Shown here in pieces: positions 19,960 through 33,559 of a DNA stretch of 64,000 bases. A model generated the notes under the pieces. It saw only the letters and a program-made list of their open reading frames with translations, had not been told where the DNA came from and searched no databases. The position numbers and the translations under genes were made by a program. The DNA is taken from assembly GCA_965223795.1 (NCBI GenBank), contig CBDCXL010000002.1, positions 3,104,001-3,168,000 of the forward strand. The letters are read 5' to 3'. Source of the stretch: Nitrospinales bacterium. GTDB lineage: Bacteria > Nitrospinota > Nitrospinia > Nitrospinales > VA-1. Each line of letters starts with the position of its first letter. Position 1 is the first letter of the stretch.

Positions 19960-20466
19960 TCAGTCCAGTTTGGTTTTTGCCAAAACCACCGCGCCCACCA
20001 TCGCCACCAGAAGCAGTATGGAAGCCACCTCGAACGGCAGCACGAAATCGGTGAACAGGGTTTCGCCCACGGCAGCCGCGGTCCCGAAGGTGTCCGGCGG
20101 CGGCTTGGGATCCACGAACTCGTTGTCGGTGATGACGTCGATGCCCTTGTACAACCCGCCCACGGCGAGGATGGAAGCGAGCACCGTCAGCAGGGTGTTT
20201 CTGTCGCGCGCTTTCCACTCGCCGCCGTCGCCCTTGAGGTTCAAAAGCATGATGACGAACATGAAAAGCACCATGATCGCCCCGGCGTAGATGATGACCT
20301 GCAGGATGGCGATGAAATGCGCGTGCTGAATGACGAAGATCCCCGCCAGCGTCAGCATCATCCCGATCAGGGAGATGGCCGAGCCGATGGGGCTCTTGTT
20401 GATCACCACGGCGATGGCGAAGCCAACGCACACGATGGCCATCGGATAGAAAATCAGTAGTTCCAT
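19960..20466 (-). CDS. nuoJ: NADH-quinone oxidoreductase subunit J
   Basis: LQVIIYAGAIMVLFMFVIMLL and PFEVASILLLVAMVGAVVL. Confidence 0.95.
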   Translation of the reverse strand: MELLIFYPMAIVCVGFAIAVVINKSPIGSAISLIGMMLTLAGIFVIQHAHFIAILQVIIYAGAIMVLFMFVIMLLNLKGDGGEWKARDRNTLLTVLASILAVGGLYKGIDVITDNEFVDPKPPPDTFGTAAAVGETLFTDFVLPFEVASILLLVAMVGAVVLAKTKLD

Positions 20467-21023
20467 TTGGCGTACATCTTGCGGGTGAATTCGATCCGGT
20501 CCTTCAACTCGGAAACCGGGGTCAACAGCTGCTCCATGTTGTACAGCATCTTTTTCCGGTCCAGCATGGAGATCTCACAGTCGTCGCTCATGAAGATGGC
20601 CTCTTCCGGGCAGGCTTCCTCGCAGTTGCCGCAGAAGATGCAGACCGCATAATCGATGGTGAATTCCTTGGGCCAGCGCTCGACTTCGTTCTGCTTGCCG
20701 CTGTTTTCCGCGGGCTCGATGTCGATGCAGTAGGCCGGACAGGCGATCTCGCACAACCCGCAGGCCACGCAGTAGGGCGTGCCGTCCTCTTTCATGGAAA
20801 GCACGGGCCGTCCGCGGTAAGCGACGGGGTATTCGACGGTCTGTTCGGGATAATAAACGGTGAAGATCTCGCGTTCCTTCTTCCTGCCCAGGAAGAAAGG
20901 AATGAAACCCAGCATATTCAAAAAAAAGTGGCGGGACGTGATAAAGAGCCCACGGATGATTTCCGGGATATAGGATCGCTCCCACCATGTCATCTTGACA
21001 TTGCGGTTCACGTAATAGGCCAT
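20454..21023 (-). CDS. nuoI: NADH-quinone oxidoreductase subunit I
   Basis: Two [4Fe-4S] motifs, CVACGLCEIACP and CIFCGNCEEACP. Confidence 0.93.
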   Translation of the reverse strand: MAYYVNRNVKMTWWERSYIPEIIRGLFITSRHFFLNMLGFIPFFLGRKKEREIFTVYYPEQTVEYPVAYRGRPVLSMKEDGTPYCVACGLCEIACPAYCIDIEPAENSGKQNEVERWPKEFTIDYAVCIFCGNCEEACPEEAIFMSDDCEISMLDRKKMLYNMEQLLTPVSELKDRIEFTRKMYAKWNY

Positions 21024-21038
21024 GGCTGATTCCTTTGA

Positions 21039-22112
21039 TTATTGAAACGCCATAATGATCACCCCGGTCACCAGGATGTTGATCAGCGACAGGGGCAACA
21101 GTATTTTCCACCCGAGCTTCATGATCTGATCGTAACGAAACCGGGGCAGGGTCCAGCGTATGGTCATCTGCAGCCAGATGAAGATGATGACCTTGGTGAA
21201 GAACACGCCCACGTGAATGAGCATGACGATGATATTCGCGGCGGTGTCGCCGAACCATTCAAATAAAGACAACAGCGTGGCGGTGGTGACGAACGGGATG
21301 TGCCACGCGCCGAAGAACAAAAGGGTGACGATCGCGGCGATGGTGACCATCTCGATGAATTCGGCCATGAAGAACATGCCGAATTTGAGGCCGCTGTATT
21401 CTGTGAAATAGCCGGCCACCAGCTCGGACTCGGCTTCCGGGTTGTCGAAGGGGATGCGCTTGTTCTCGGCGATGGATGCGGTCAGGAACATGAAGAAACC
21501 GAGCGGCTGAAGGAACACGCCCCACCATCCGGTCTCCTGCATGGCGCCGATCTCGGTCAGCTTCATGGTGCCGAACACCATGAGCACGCCGATGATGGTG
21601 AGCCCCATCGTGACTTCATAGGAGATCATCTGCGAAGCGGTGCGCATGGAGCCTAAAAGCGACCAGTTGTTGTTGGAACTCCAGCCGGCGATGACGTATC
21701 CGTAGGTGGCGATCGAGGCGATGGCGAACACGAACAGCAGGCCCACGTCGAGATCGGAAATCACCAGGTTGACTTCTTTGCCCCAGAGCGTGTACTGGCC
21801 GCCGAACGGCACGACCGCGAAGGTGACGATGGCCGGGATGAGGGCGACGATCGGGCTCAGCGTGTGGAGCACTTTGTTGGCGCCTTCGGGGATGAAGTCC
21901 TCTTTGGTGAACATCTTCAAGGCATCGGCGACGGCGTGGAACAGGCCGATCACCGTGAAGCCCAGGATGTCGGCACGGTTTGCGCCGATGCGGTCCTGCA
22001 TGACAGCGCTCTGCTTGCGCTCCACCCAGGTAAGGATAGGCGCAAAAAACCCGACGGTGATGCCGAGTATGAACAGAATCTTTGCGAGTGTGATGAGTAA
22101 ATCGACAAACAT
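21039..22112 (-). CDS. nuoH: NADH-quinone oxidoreductase subunit H
   Basis: ERKQSAVMQDRIG, PFDNPEAESELVAGYFTEYSG and PRFRYDQ. Confidence 0.95.
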   Translation of the reverse strand: MFVDLLITLAKILFILGITVGFFAPILTWVERKQSAVMQDRIGANRADILGFTVIGLFHAVADALKMFTKEDFIPEGANKVLHTLSPIVALIPAIVTFAVVPFGGQYTLWGKEVNLVISDLDVGLLFVFAIASIATYGYVIAGWSSNNNWSLLGSMRTASQMISYEVTMGLTIIGVLMVFGTMKLTEIGAMQETGWWGVFLQPLGFFMFLTASIAENKRIPFDNPEAESELVAGYFTEYSGLKFGMFFMAEFIEMVTIAAIVTLLFFGAWHIPFVTTATLLSLFEWFGDTAANIIVMLIHVGVFFTKVIIFIWLQMTIRWTLPRFRYDQIMKLGWKILLPLSLINILVTGVIIMAFQ

Positions 22113-22117
22113 ACCGG

Positions 22118-22603
22118 TCAGTTCATGGGCCCAATCAATGGCTGCCTTTTGTTCACTGGATAATCCTTACGCAGGGGGTGTCCCTTGAATTCCTCGTACA
22201 AAAGGATGCGCCTGAGGTTGGGATGGCCCCGGAATTTGATACCGTACAGGTCCCAGACTTCCCGCTCGTACCAGTCGGCGGTTTTCCACAGGGGCGTGAC
22301 GGATTCGACGATGCAATCCTTTTCGTCCACGGGGATTTTAACCCTCAGCCGGTGATTGTGTTTTGTCGAGTAGAAGTGGTAGACGACTTCGAAGCGGAGG
22401 TCTTTTTTCTTGTGGTAATCGACGGCGGTCAGGTCCATCAGAAAATCCAGCGACAGCTCGGGATCGTCCAGAAGAAACTTGAAAAACCCGATGCCGCATT
22501 CCTTGCGGACGGTGACGGTCTGATCGCCGCGGAAATTGTGCGAATCGACCACCATGTCCCCTTGTTCGGACTTGACTCTGTCGATCAGGTTGGTGTCGCC
22601 CAT
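22118..22603 (-). CDS. nuoC: NADH-quinone oxidoreductase subunit C
   Basis: DLTAVDY, WYEREVWDLYGIKFRGHPNLRRIL and GHPLRKDYP. Confidence 0.93.
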   Translation of the reverse strand: MGDTNLIDRVKSEQGDMVVDSHNFRGDQTVTVRKECGIGFFKFLLDDPELSLDFLMDLTAVDYHKKKDLRFEVVYHFYSTKHNHRLRVKIPVDEKDCIVESVTPLWKTADWYEREVWDLYGIKFRGHPNLRRILLYEEFKGHPLRKDYPVNKRQPLIGPMN

Positions 22604-22625
22604 GGAGGCTTTATCCTATCGCTTG

Positions 22626-22982
22626 TCATTCCCAGTCCAGGCCGCCGCGTCTCCAGACATAAAGCAGACCGACACCCAGGATGAGGATGAAGAGAAACAT
22701 CTCGATGAAGCCGAACATGCCCAGGCGCTTGAACAGAATGGCCCAGGGGAAGAAGAACACGGCTTCGATGTCGAACAGCACAAACAGCACCGCCACCAGG
22801 TAGAACTTGACGGAAAACCGCTGACGGGGTGAGACGAGCGGGCTTTCCCCGCACTCGAACGGCTCCATTTTATCCGCGAAATGCCGCTTGGGGCCCAGTA
22901 TCGAGGTCATGAACACCATGCCGCAGGCGATGCCGATGGCCATCAGGAGCATCAGAACAACGCCTATGTATTCTTCTAACAC
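22626..22982 (-). CDS. nuoA: NADH-quinone oxidoreductase subunit A
   Basis: EPFECG, FYLVAVLFVLFDIEAVFFFPWA and WRRGGLDWE. Confidence 0.95.
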   Translation of the reverse strand: MLEEYIGVVLMLLMAIGIACGMVFMTSILGPKRHFADKMEPFECGESPLVSPRQRFSVKFYLVAVLFVLFDIEAVFFFPWAILFKRLGMFGFIEMFLFILILGVGLLYVWRRGGLDWE

Positions 22983-23393
22983 GATCTGCCCCCTTATGCT
23001 CGAACCGTCTTGTGGATGGTTTGCGGATGCTGATCTTGAGAATGGGGCCGGGGAATCCGGGAATTTACGCCGCCGGGAGGGCCCAAGCCCTTGTTTTCCC
23101 CAGTCAGAGATACTGGAAATCCGTTGAGAATCGCCTAAAAACCTTTATAAACAGAGGGGGGATAGTACTCTACCGCCGCACTTTTTGTCAATCAAAAAGC
23201 GTTTGAAAACGTATCATTTCATCCATTTGTAACGAAAAGGATTGCCTTATCAGGCGTGGATTCCAGCGCAGTATCGGCACGGCAATTTTCAGGTGGAAAC
23301 GGTTCGATTTGGCGGCAGACGGGGAAGGGGAGGGGGACGGTTTCGAGCTTTCGGGTTCGATTCCGTTTGCCGACTTTTATTCTGGATCCAGGC

Positions 23394-23425
23394 AAAAAAA
23401 TAACCCGCCTTGCGGCGGGTTATTT
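23394..23425 (-). terminator. Rho-independent terminator of the rRNA operon
   Basis: Perfect stem aaataacccgcc/ggcgggttattt with a 4-nt loop and a U-tract on the minus strand, immediately after the 5S gene. Confidence 0.85.
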
Positions 23426-23431
23426 ATAAAA

Positions 23432-23550
<119 letters not shown>

Positions 23551-23657
23551 AATTTTCTTTAAAGAGCTTTTGACGATTCGGTTGCGATTAAATAGAAGGG
23601 CAGGACCGAACCGTAAATTAACTTAACAATTGAATTCGTTCGAAGCAGAGAGAAAAT

Positions 23658-26687
<3,030 letters not shown>

Positions 26688-26792
26688 ATAAATTTCTCAG
26701 CTACTTCAAACGATATTCAATTGTCAAAGAACAGTTGCCCCGTTGGGCATGTCCGTATTCGATTCCAAGTTGGTCTTTCAGAGCAGAGGGAA

Positions 26793-26865
26793 TGGAGGTG
26801 AACGGGCTCGAACCGATGACCTCCTGCGTGCAAGGCAGGCGCTCTCCCAGCTGAGCTACACCCCC
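26793..26865 (-). tRNA. tRNA-Ala(TGC); CCA not encoded
   Basis: GGGGGTGTAGCTCAGCTGGGAGAGCGCCTGCCTTGCACGCAGGAGGTC...TTCGAGCCCGTTCACCTCCA folds as a cloverleaf. Confidence 0.95.
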
Positions 26866-26896
26866 GTTTCTCGACTGCTGATTCCCGCTCTGAAAA

Positions 26897-26973
<77 letters not shown>

Positions 26974-27093
26974 AAATCTATGTGCTGAAAGCCCATCGAC
27001 TCTTTGGATTTCGAAAAAAAAGAGAGGAATAGGTGCCACAGAAGCTGCGGGTATCGATCTTGAGTTTCCTGCACCGCTTGCGCGGATTCAGAA

Positions 27094-28624
<1,531 letters not shown>

Positions 28625-28694
28625 AAAAACAGAAAGTTGTTACCTGTAAAAATTATGACTCATGGACCCGCAACGTCTAATGACACCTATTCAC

Positions 28695-28756
28695 TTTTCA
28701 AAGAGCTTTTGTTTCAAACAAGCGTGCTAATTTAAACTTTTTTGATTCAAAGTCAA
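28695..28756 (-). promoter_or_regulatory. rRNA operon sigma70 promoter and boxA antitermination site
   Basis: Minus strand TTGACT (28756-28751), 16-nt spacer, TAAATT (28734-28729), then boxA-like GCTCTTTGAAAA (28706-28695). Similar boxA-like motifs precede the 23S (about 26721-26733) and 5S (about 23556-23567) genes. Confidence 0.65.
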
Positions 28757-29262
28757 TCAAAAAAAAACAAACTCTGAATCAAAAAAAGCGTTCCTCATAA
28801 AAAAAACCTTTTTGTGAAAGCGGCTGCAACAAAACCCAGAATCTCCGCTTTCAAATAAAGGTTTTTTTAATCTAAATCAGCGGGGTCGCTTGTGCAGGTC
28901 CTAATATAGTTTTTCGGAGAAACAATATCAAGTGCTTTTTTGTTTTTTTTCATCTTTTCCTCATCGTTTCCTAAGGCAAAGGCGTTCCGTTTTCCCCTTG
29001 AATTGCAAAAGGATATTTCCTTCGCAGTGGGCAGTGGCTGCTTGCTCTTCAATAAGTTATTGAAAATTTATGTCTTAAGCCAAGCTCGCCGCTGGCGCCT
29101 GAGGCGGGATTGTTTTCTGTTGCCTCGCCTTTTGAGGATAAAAAAAGTGCGGGAGCGATCGTCCGAAATTATTTTTTTCCCGTTTTCGGTATGGGATGGG
29201 TTGAGTCTGCCTGCATCGGATGGGCGAACTTTTGCGGAACGGCGGCGGGAAAGGGGCGGTTT

Positions 29263-31014
29263 TCAGGCTTCGATTTTTCCGGACCCGTCTTCTAACAGCA
29301 GGTTTTTGAGCGTGTAGAGCTTGTGGTAGAGGCCTTGTTTTTCCATGAGTTGGGCGTGGTTGCCGGTTTCTACGATGCGGCCTTTGTCGAGCACGATGAT
29401 CTTGTCGGCGTTGTGGATGGTGGAGAGCCGGTGCGCGATGACGAAGGCGGTGCGGCCCTGCATCAGCCGTTCCAACGCCTCCTGGATCAGCACTTCGGAC
29501 TCGTTGTCGAGGGCGGAGGTGGCTTCATCGAGGATCAAAAGGCGCGGGTTTTTCAGGATCGCCCGCGCGATGGCGATGCGCTGGCGCTGGCCCGCCGACA
29601 GGCGGATGCCTTTCTCGCCGACGATCGTATCGTAGCCTTCCGGCGTTTCCATGATGAAGTTGTGCGCGTTGGCGGCCTTGGCGGCTTCGATCATTGCTTC
29701 TTCAGTTGTGCCCGATTTGGCGTATTGAATGTTTTCGCGGATGCTGCCGCCGAACAGCAGAGTCTCCTGCGGCACCAGGCCGATCTGGCTCCAGTAACTT
29801 TTGAGTTGCACGTCGCGCAGGTCCATCCCGTCCACACGGATGGCGCCGCGCACCGGGTCGTAGAAGCGGTGCAGAAGCTGGATGAGCGTGCTTTTGCCGG
29901 CGCCGCTGGGGCCGACCAGGGCCACCAGCTCGCCGGGCTCGACGGTGAACTGGATGCCCTTCAACACCTCCTGATCTTCCCGGTAATGGAAATGCAGGTC
30001 CTCGCACTCGACCCGGCCTTTAATGGGCGGAATCGGTTTTGCGCCCGAACGGTCTTGTATTTCCGGATGGGTGTCGAGCAGGTCGAAGATGCGCTGGCTC
30101 GCGCCCAGTCCCTCCTGCAGCCGGGTGAACATGCGCGCGAAGCTGCCCATGGGGCCGGCGATGATGGTGGCGTACAGGATGAAGGCGACGAGCTCGCCGG
30201 GGCTGATGTTTCCCAGGATGATCTCGCGGCCGCCGTACCACAGCAGGATGAGCCCGGTGATGAAGGCGATGAAGCCGATGGTGGGGCCGAAAAACGAGGC
30301 GATGAGGATGCGCTTTTTGGCGGAGCGGAAGCTGTCCTCGACGGCTTCGGAAAAACGGTCGGTTTCCAGTTTTTCGCGCACGAAGGTCTTGACGATCTGG
30401 ATGCCGGAGATGTTTTCCTCCAGCACGGTGGTTGAGGTGGCGAGCTTGTCCTGGATTTCGGTCGAGAGCCGTTTGAGTTTTTTGCCGAAGGTGCGGGCGA
30501 ACAGCACCAGGATGGGCGCGAGGACGAGGATCAGAAACGTGAGCCGCCAGTTCATGTAGACGACGATGAGGACGCCGCCGAACAGCCTGATCGACTGCTG
30601 CAGCGCGGTGGCAGGCAGGTCGGTCACGATGCCCTCGATGGTGGTGATGTCGTTGGTCATGCGCGACATGATCTCGCCGGTGCGGCGCTTGGCGAAAAAG
30701 CCGAGCGAGAGGGTTTGCAGGTGCGCGAACACGCGTTTGCGAAAATCGGTGACGATCCTTTTTTCGGTGATGTCGAAGAGGTAGTTGTTGCCGGTGGAGA
30801 AGACGAGCTGCAACAGAAACAGGACGGCGATGGCGCCGGCGATGCCGTTCAGCTTGTCGAGGTTCTTCTCGACCATCACCACATCGAACAGGTCTTTGAT
30901 GAACAGCGGCACGGCGAGGTTGGTCGCCGAAGCGCCGATCAGAAGGACGCTGCCGAAAATCAGGGCGGTTTTGTAAGGCAGAAGCAGCCGGAAGAGGCGT
31001 TTGTATTTTTCCAT
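29263..31014 (-). CDS. ABC transporter fused permease/ATPase (MsbA-like exporter)
   Basis: Transmembrane domain, Walker A GPSGAGKST, signature LSAGQRQR, LILDEATSALD and IAHRLST. Confidence 0.92.
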   Translation of the reverse strand: MEKYKRLFRLLLPYKTALIFGSVLLIGASATNLAVPLFIKDLFDVVMVEKNLDKLNGIAGAIAVLFLLQLVFSTGNNYLFDITEKRIVTDFRKRVFAHLQTLSLGFFAKRRTGEIMSRMTNDITTIEGIVTDLPATALQQSIRLFGGVLIVVYMNWRLTFLILVLAPILVLFARTFGKKLKRLSTEIQDKLATSTTVLEENISGIQIVKTFVREKLETDRFSEAVEDSFRSAKKRILIASFFGPTIGFIAFITGLILLWYGGREIILGNISPGELVAFILYATIIAGPMGSFARMFTRLQEGLGASQRIFDLLDTHPEIQDRSGAKPIPPIKGRVECEDLHFHYREDQEVLKGIQFTVEPGELVALVGPSGAGKSTLIQLLHRFYDPVRGAIRVDGMDLRDVQLKSYWSQIGLVPQETLLFGGSIRENIQYAKSGTTEEAMIEAAKAANAHNFIMETPEGYDTIVGEKGIRLSAGQRQRIAIARAILKNPRLLILDEATSALDNESEVLIQEALERLMQGRTAFVIAHRLSTIHNADKIIVLDKGRIVETGNHAQLMEKQGLYHKLYTLKNLLLEDGSGKIEA

Positions 31015-31238
31015 GGATCGGGAGCGGTTGAAAAGATCCCATTATTTCCGATCCGGACCGGTGAACACAAGGGATTTCCCATCTACAAGCCGGGAGGGTA
31101 CAATGAGGCCCGCTCGCGCACGGATAACGGGATGCGGAACCCGGTGTTCGCATAGGCGGGTGGCGGAGAAGGACGGATATTGGCCTGAAGGGGCAATAAG
31201 TGGGATTGGGTTTAGTGGGCTTTAACTAGGTTTATTGC

Positions 31239-31319
31239 TGTCATGCTCAGTACTTCGACAGGCTCAGTACAGGCTCTGTCGAAGCATGATCGCGCACCCT
31301 TCGACAAGCTCAGGGTGAC
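31239..31319. repeat. REP-like palindromic repeat (same family as 7134-7191 and 44627-44710)
   Basis: tgtcatgctcag...cttcgacaggctcag...tgtcgaagcatga...cccttcgacaagctcagggtgac; no flanking terminal repeats seen at this copy. Confidence 0.85.
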
Positions 31320-31375
31320 GTTCTAAAAACAGATTTCTTGTTCGTTTGAATTGCGTAAAGGCCCCAAGGAGAGAA

Positions 31376-32233
31376 ATGATCTGGAAGAAACTCGCGGTCC
31401 TGTTTGAGGACATCAAGCTCGCGCACACGGTGTTCGCGCTGCCGTTCGCGTTCATGAGCGCGTTTCTGGCGGCGGGGGGGCTGCCGGAGGCGGAGAAGAT
31501 CCTGTGGATCGTGGTGGCCATGTTCGGCGCGCGCAGCGCGGCGATGGCGTTCAACCGGATCGCGGACGCGAAGATCGACGCGCAAAATCCCCGGACGCAG
31601 GGCAGGGCGCTGCCCTCGGGCCGGATCGGAGTCAAAACCTACTGGGTGTTTCTCATCGTGTGCTCGGCCTTGTTCGTGTTCGCGGCGGCCATGCTCAACA
31701 CGCTGGCGCTGATCCTTTCGCCGGTGGCGCTGGCGATCGTGTTTTTTTATTCCTTCACCAAACGCTTCACGGCGTACTCGCATTTTTTCCTCGGGCTGGC
31801 GATTGCCATCGCGCCGGTGGGGGCGTGGGTGGCGATCCGCGAGGAGATCTCGCTGACGTCCCTCATCCTCGGGACGGCGGTGCTGTTCTGGCTGGTCGGC
31901 TTCGACATCTTGTACGCCTGCCTCGATGTGGAGTCGGACACAAAGAACCGGCTGTTTTCCATCCCGCAGAAATTCGGCGTGAAAAAAGCGCTGCTGTTTG
32001 CTGCGCTCGCGCACGCGGTGATGGTTTTGTTCCTGCTGGCGCTTTTGATCTCGCCGCTGCTGGGCGGGGTGTACCTCGCGGGCGTGGCGGGGGTGGCGGC
32101 GCTGTTGTGGTACGAGCATTCGCTGGTCAAAGCGGAGGACCTGTCCAAAGTGAACGTCGCCTTCTTCAACGTCAACGGCATCATCAGCCTGGCGCTCATG
32201 ACGCTCGTCATCGTCGACTGCGTGTGGGTGTGA
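31376..32233 (+). CDS. mqnP: UbiA-family prenyltransferase (MqnP-like, futalosine menaquinone pathway)
   Basis: IKLAHTVFALPFA, ARSAAMAFNRIADAKIDAQNPRT, GFDILYACLD and AFFNVNG; mqnE lies nearby. Confidence 0.85.
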   Translation: MIWKKLAVLFEDIKLAHTVFALPFAFMSAFLAAGGLPEAEKILWIVVAMFGARSAAMAFNRIADAKIDAQNPRTQGRALPSGRIGVKTYWVFLIVCSALFVFAAAMLNTLALILSPVALAIVFFYSFTKRFTAYSHFFLGLAIAIAPVGAWVAIREEISLTSLILGTAVLFWLVGFDILYACLDVESDTKNRLFSIPQKFGVKKALLFAALAHAVMVLFLLALLISPLLGGVYLAGVAGVAALLWYEHSLVKAEDLSKVNVAFFNVNGIISLALMTLVIVDCVWV

Positions 32234-32283
32234 AGCTTTAAAGAAAAAGGCTCGCGCCAAGACGTAAAGCCGCAAAGGATGAA

Positions 32284-32832
32284 ATGGATACAGAATTGAA
32301 ATTTGCAGTTGAAGATGTTGAGATGGCATTTAAGCAACTTGAATTTGCAATCAAACTCATGTGTCATTGCGAACTTAGACATTTGGACCAAAAGAAATTT
32401 GATTCTGACATAACCATTTTATTGGAAGAGGAAAACATTGGATTCCATGATGGAAGTTTTAGGTCTTACGAAGATTTAATTGAGGCATCTCAGATCAATG
32501 TGGGCATTAGCTTTGGCGCATCTGCCATTACATTGGACGCTTTGTTAGAGCAGGCGGGAATTGAACGAAATTCGAAATCTGAGGATCCAAATGATGAGCT
32601 TCGCACTCTTATTTACATGGTGAGATGTGCTTTTGCTCATAATATTGCTAAGCCGTGCTGGGAAGTAAAAGCAAAATATCGACGAAAAATTAAACTCATA
32701 CTTTGCGGGCGAGAGTATTCTTTGGATTTTTCTGCCTTAAATGGAAAGGACTTTGAATACTCTCATATTGGTGGTTTTGCGAATTGGTATAGGATAAAAG
32801 AAAGGGCGATTCAGATGATCAATGAGAATTGA
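32284..32832 (+). CDS. AT-rich hypothetical protein with a HEPN-like RxxxxH motif
   Basis: 182-aa helical-looking ORF containing VRCAFAHN; visibly lower GC than its neighbours. Confidence 0.6.
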   Translation: MDTELKFAVEDVEMAFKQLEFAIKLMCHCELRHLDQKKFDSDITILLEEENIGFHDGSFRSYEDLIEASQINVGISFGASAITLDALLEQAGIERNSKSEDPNDELRTLIYMVRCAFAHNIAKPCWEVKAKYRRKIKLILCGREYSLDFSALNGKDFEYSHIGGFANWYRIKERAIQMINEN

Positions 32833-32858
32833 CATTGCATGACTGCATACTATTGAAC

Positions 32859-32897
32859 TTGACATATGCATATAAATAATGCATAATCATGCATATG
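32859..32897 (+). promoter_or_regulatory. vapBC promoter with overlapping palindromic operator
   Basis: TTGACA (32859-64), 17 nt, CATAAT (32882-87); three ATGCAT palindromes and a CATATGCAT...ATGCATATG inverted repeat. Confidence 0.7.
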
Positions 32898-33086
32898 AGA
32901 ACGACGCTCATCATTGACGACGATCTGCTGAAACACGCCGCGAGGCTGACGGGGGTTTCCCAGAAAACCTCTCTCGTGCGCATGGGCTTGCAAGCTCTGA
33001 TTGCGAAGGAAAGCGCCAGACGGCTGGCGGAACTCGGTGGGTCGGAAAAATCCCTTCGCCCGGTGCCGCGGCGAAAAGCCCGTTGA
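32895..33086 (+). CDS. vapB: VapB-family antitoxin
   Basis: MRTTLIIDDDLLKHAARLTG..KTSLVRMGLQALI...LAELGG, directly upstream of a PIN gene. Confidence 0.88.
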   Translation: MRTTLIIDDDLLKHAARLTGVSQKTSLVRMGLQALIAKESARRLAELGGSEKSLRPVPRRKAR

Positions 33087-33089
33087 CGT

Positions 33090-33449
33090 ATGGTTCTGGT
33101 CGATACCTCTGTCTGGGTCGAGCATTTCCGCAAGAGCAATCCGCAATTGACGGAATTGCTTAAGGAGGAGCGTGTGGCCTGCCATCCGTTCGTCATCGGC
33201 GAACTGGCCTGCGGCAACCTGAAAAACCGCCAGGAGATATTGTCTCTGCTGCAATCGCTTCCCCGCTCCGAAATGGTGGAGGATGGGGAAGTCCTGTCGT
33301 TCATCGAAAACAAAAGCTTGGCGGGTGCCGGCGTGGGGTGGGTGGACGTGCATCTGCTGGCGTCTGCTGTGTTGACGCGAATTCCGCTCTGGACCGCCGA
33401 CAAGTCCCTGCAAAAAGCCTCCATAAACTTGAGAATTCAATACCCTTGA
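33090..33449 (+). CDS. vapC: VapC PIN-domain toxin
   Basis: MVLVDTSVWVEHF, HPFVIGELACG, GVGWVDVHLLAS and LWTADK. Confidence 0.92.
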   Translation: MVLVDTSVWVEHFRKSNPQLTELLKEERVACHPFVIGELACGNLKNRQEILSLLQSLPRSEMVEDGEVLSFIENKSLAGAGVGWVDVHLLASAVLTRIPLWTADKSLQKASINLRIQYP

Positions 33450-33559
33450 CAGAAAACCAGCTCCCTTCATCTTTTTGATGCCGGTTATTTCCAACTTTGC
33501 CTTGCGGCTGGAATTTCAGGTATAATCGGCGATTATTCTAATTACACGGGATTGCGAAT

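Noticed and set aside
26790..26865. tRNA-Ala without encoded CCA as a possible pseudogene
   Set aside because: The cloverleaf is intact and CCA is commonly added after transcription.
28742..28756. TTGA-N7-TCAA as a possible FNR box
   Set aside because: The spacing is one base longer than TTGAT-N4-ATCAA, and the motif is explained by the rRNA -35 element.
33494..33510. ctttgccttgcggct as the right inverted boundary of the RxxxxH-vapBC islet
   Set aside because: Only about 8 bp match the left-edge tract, too short to distinguish from chance.
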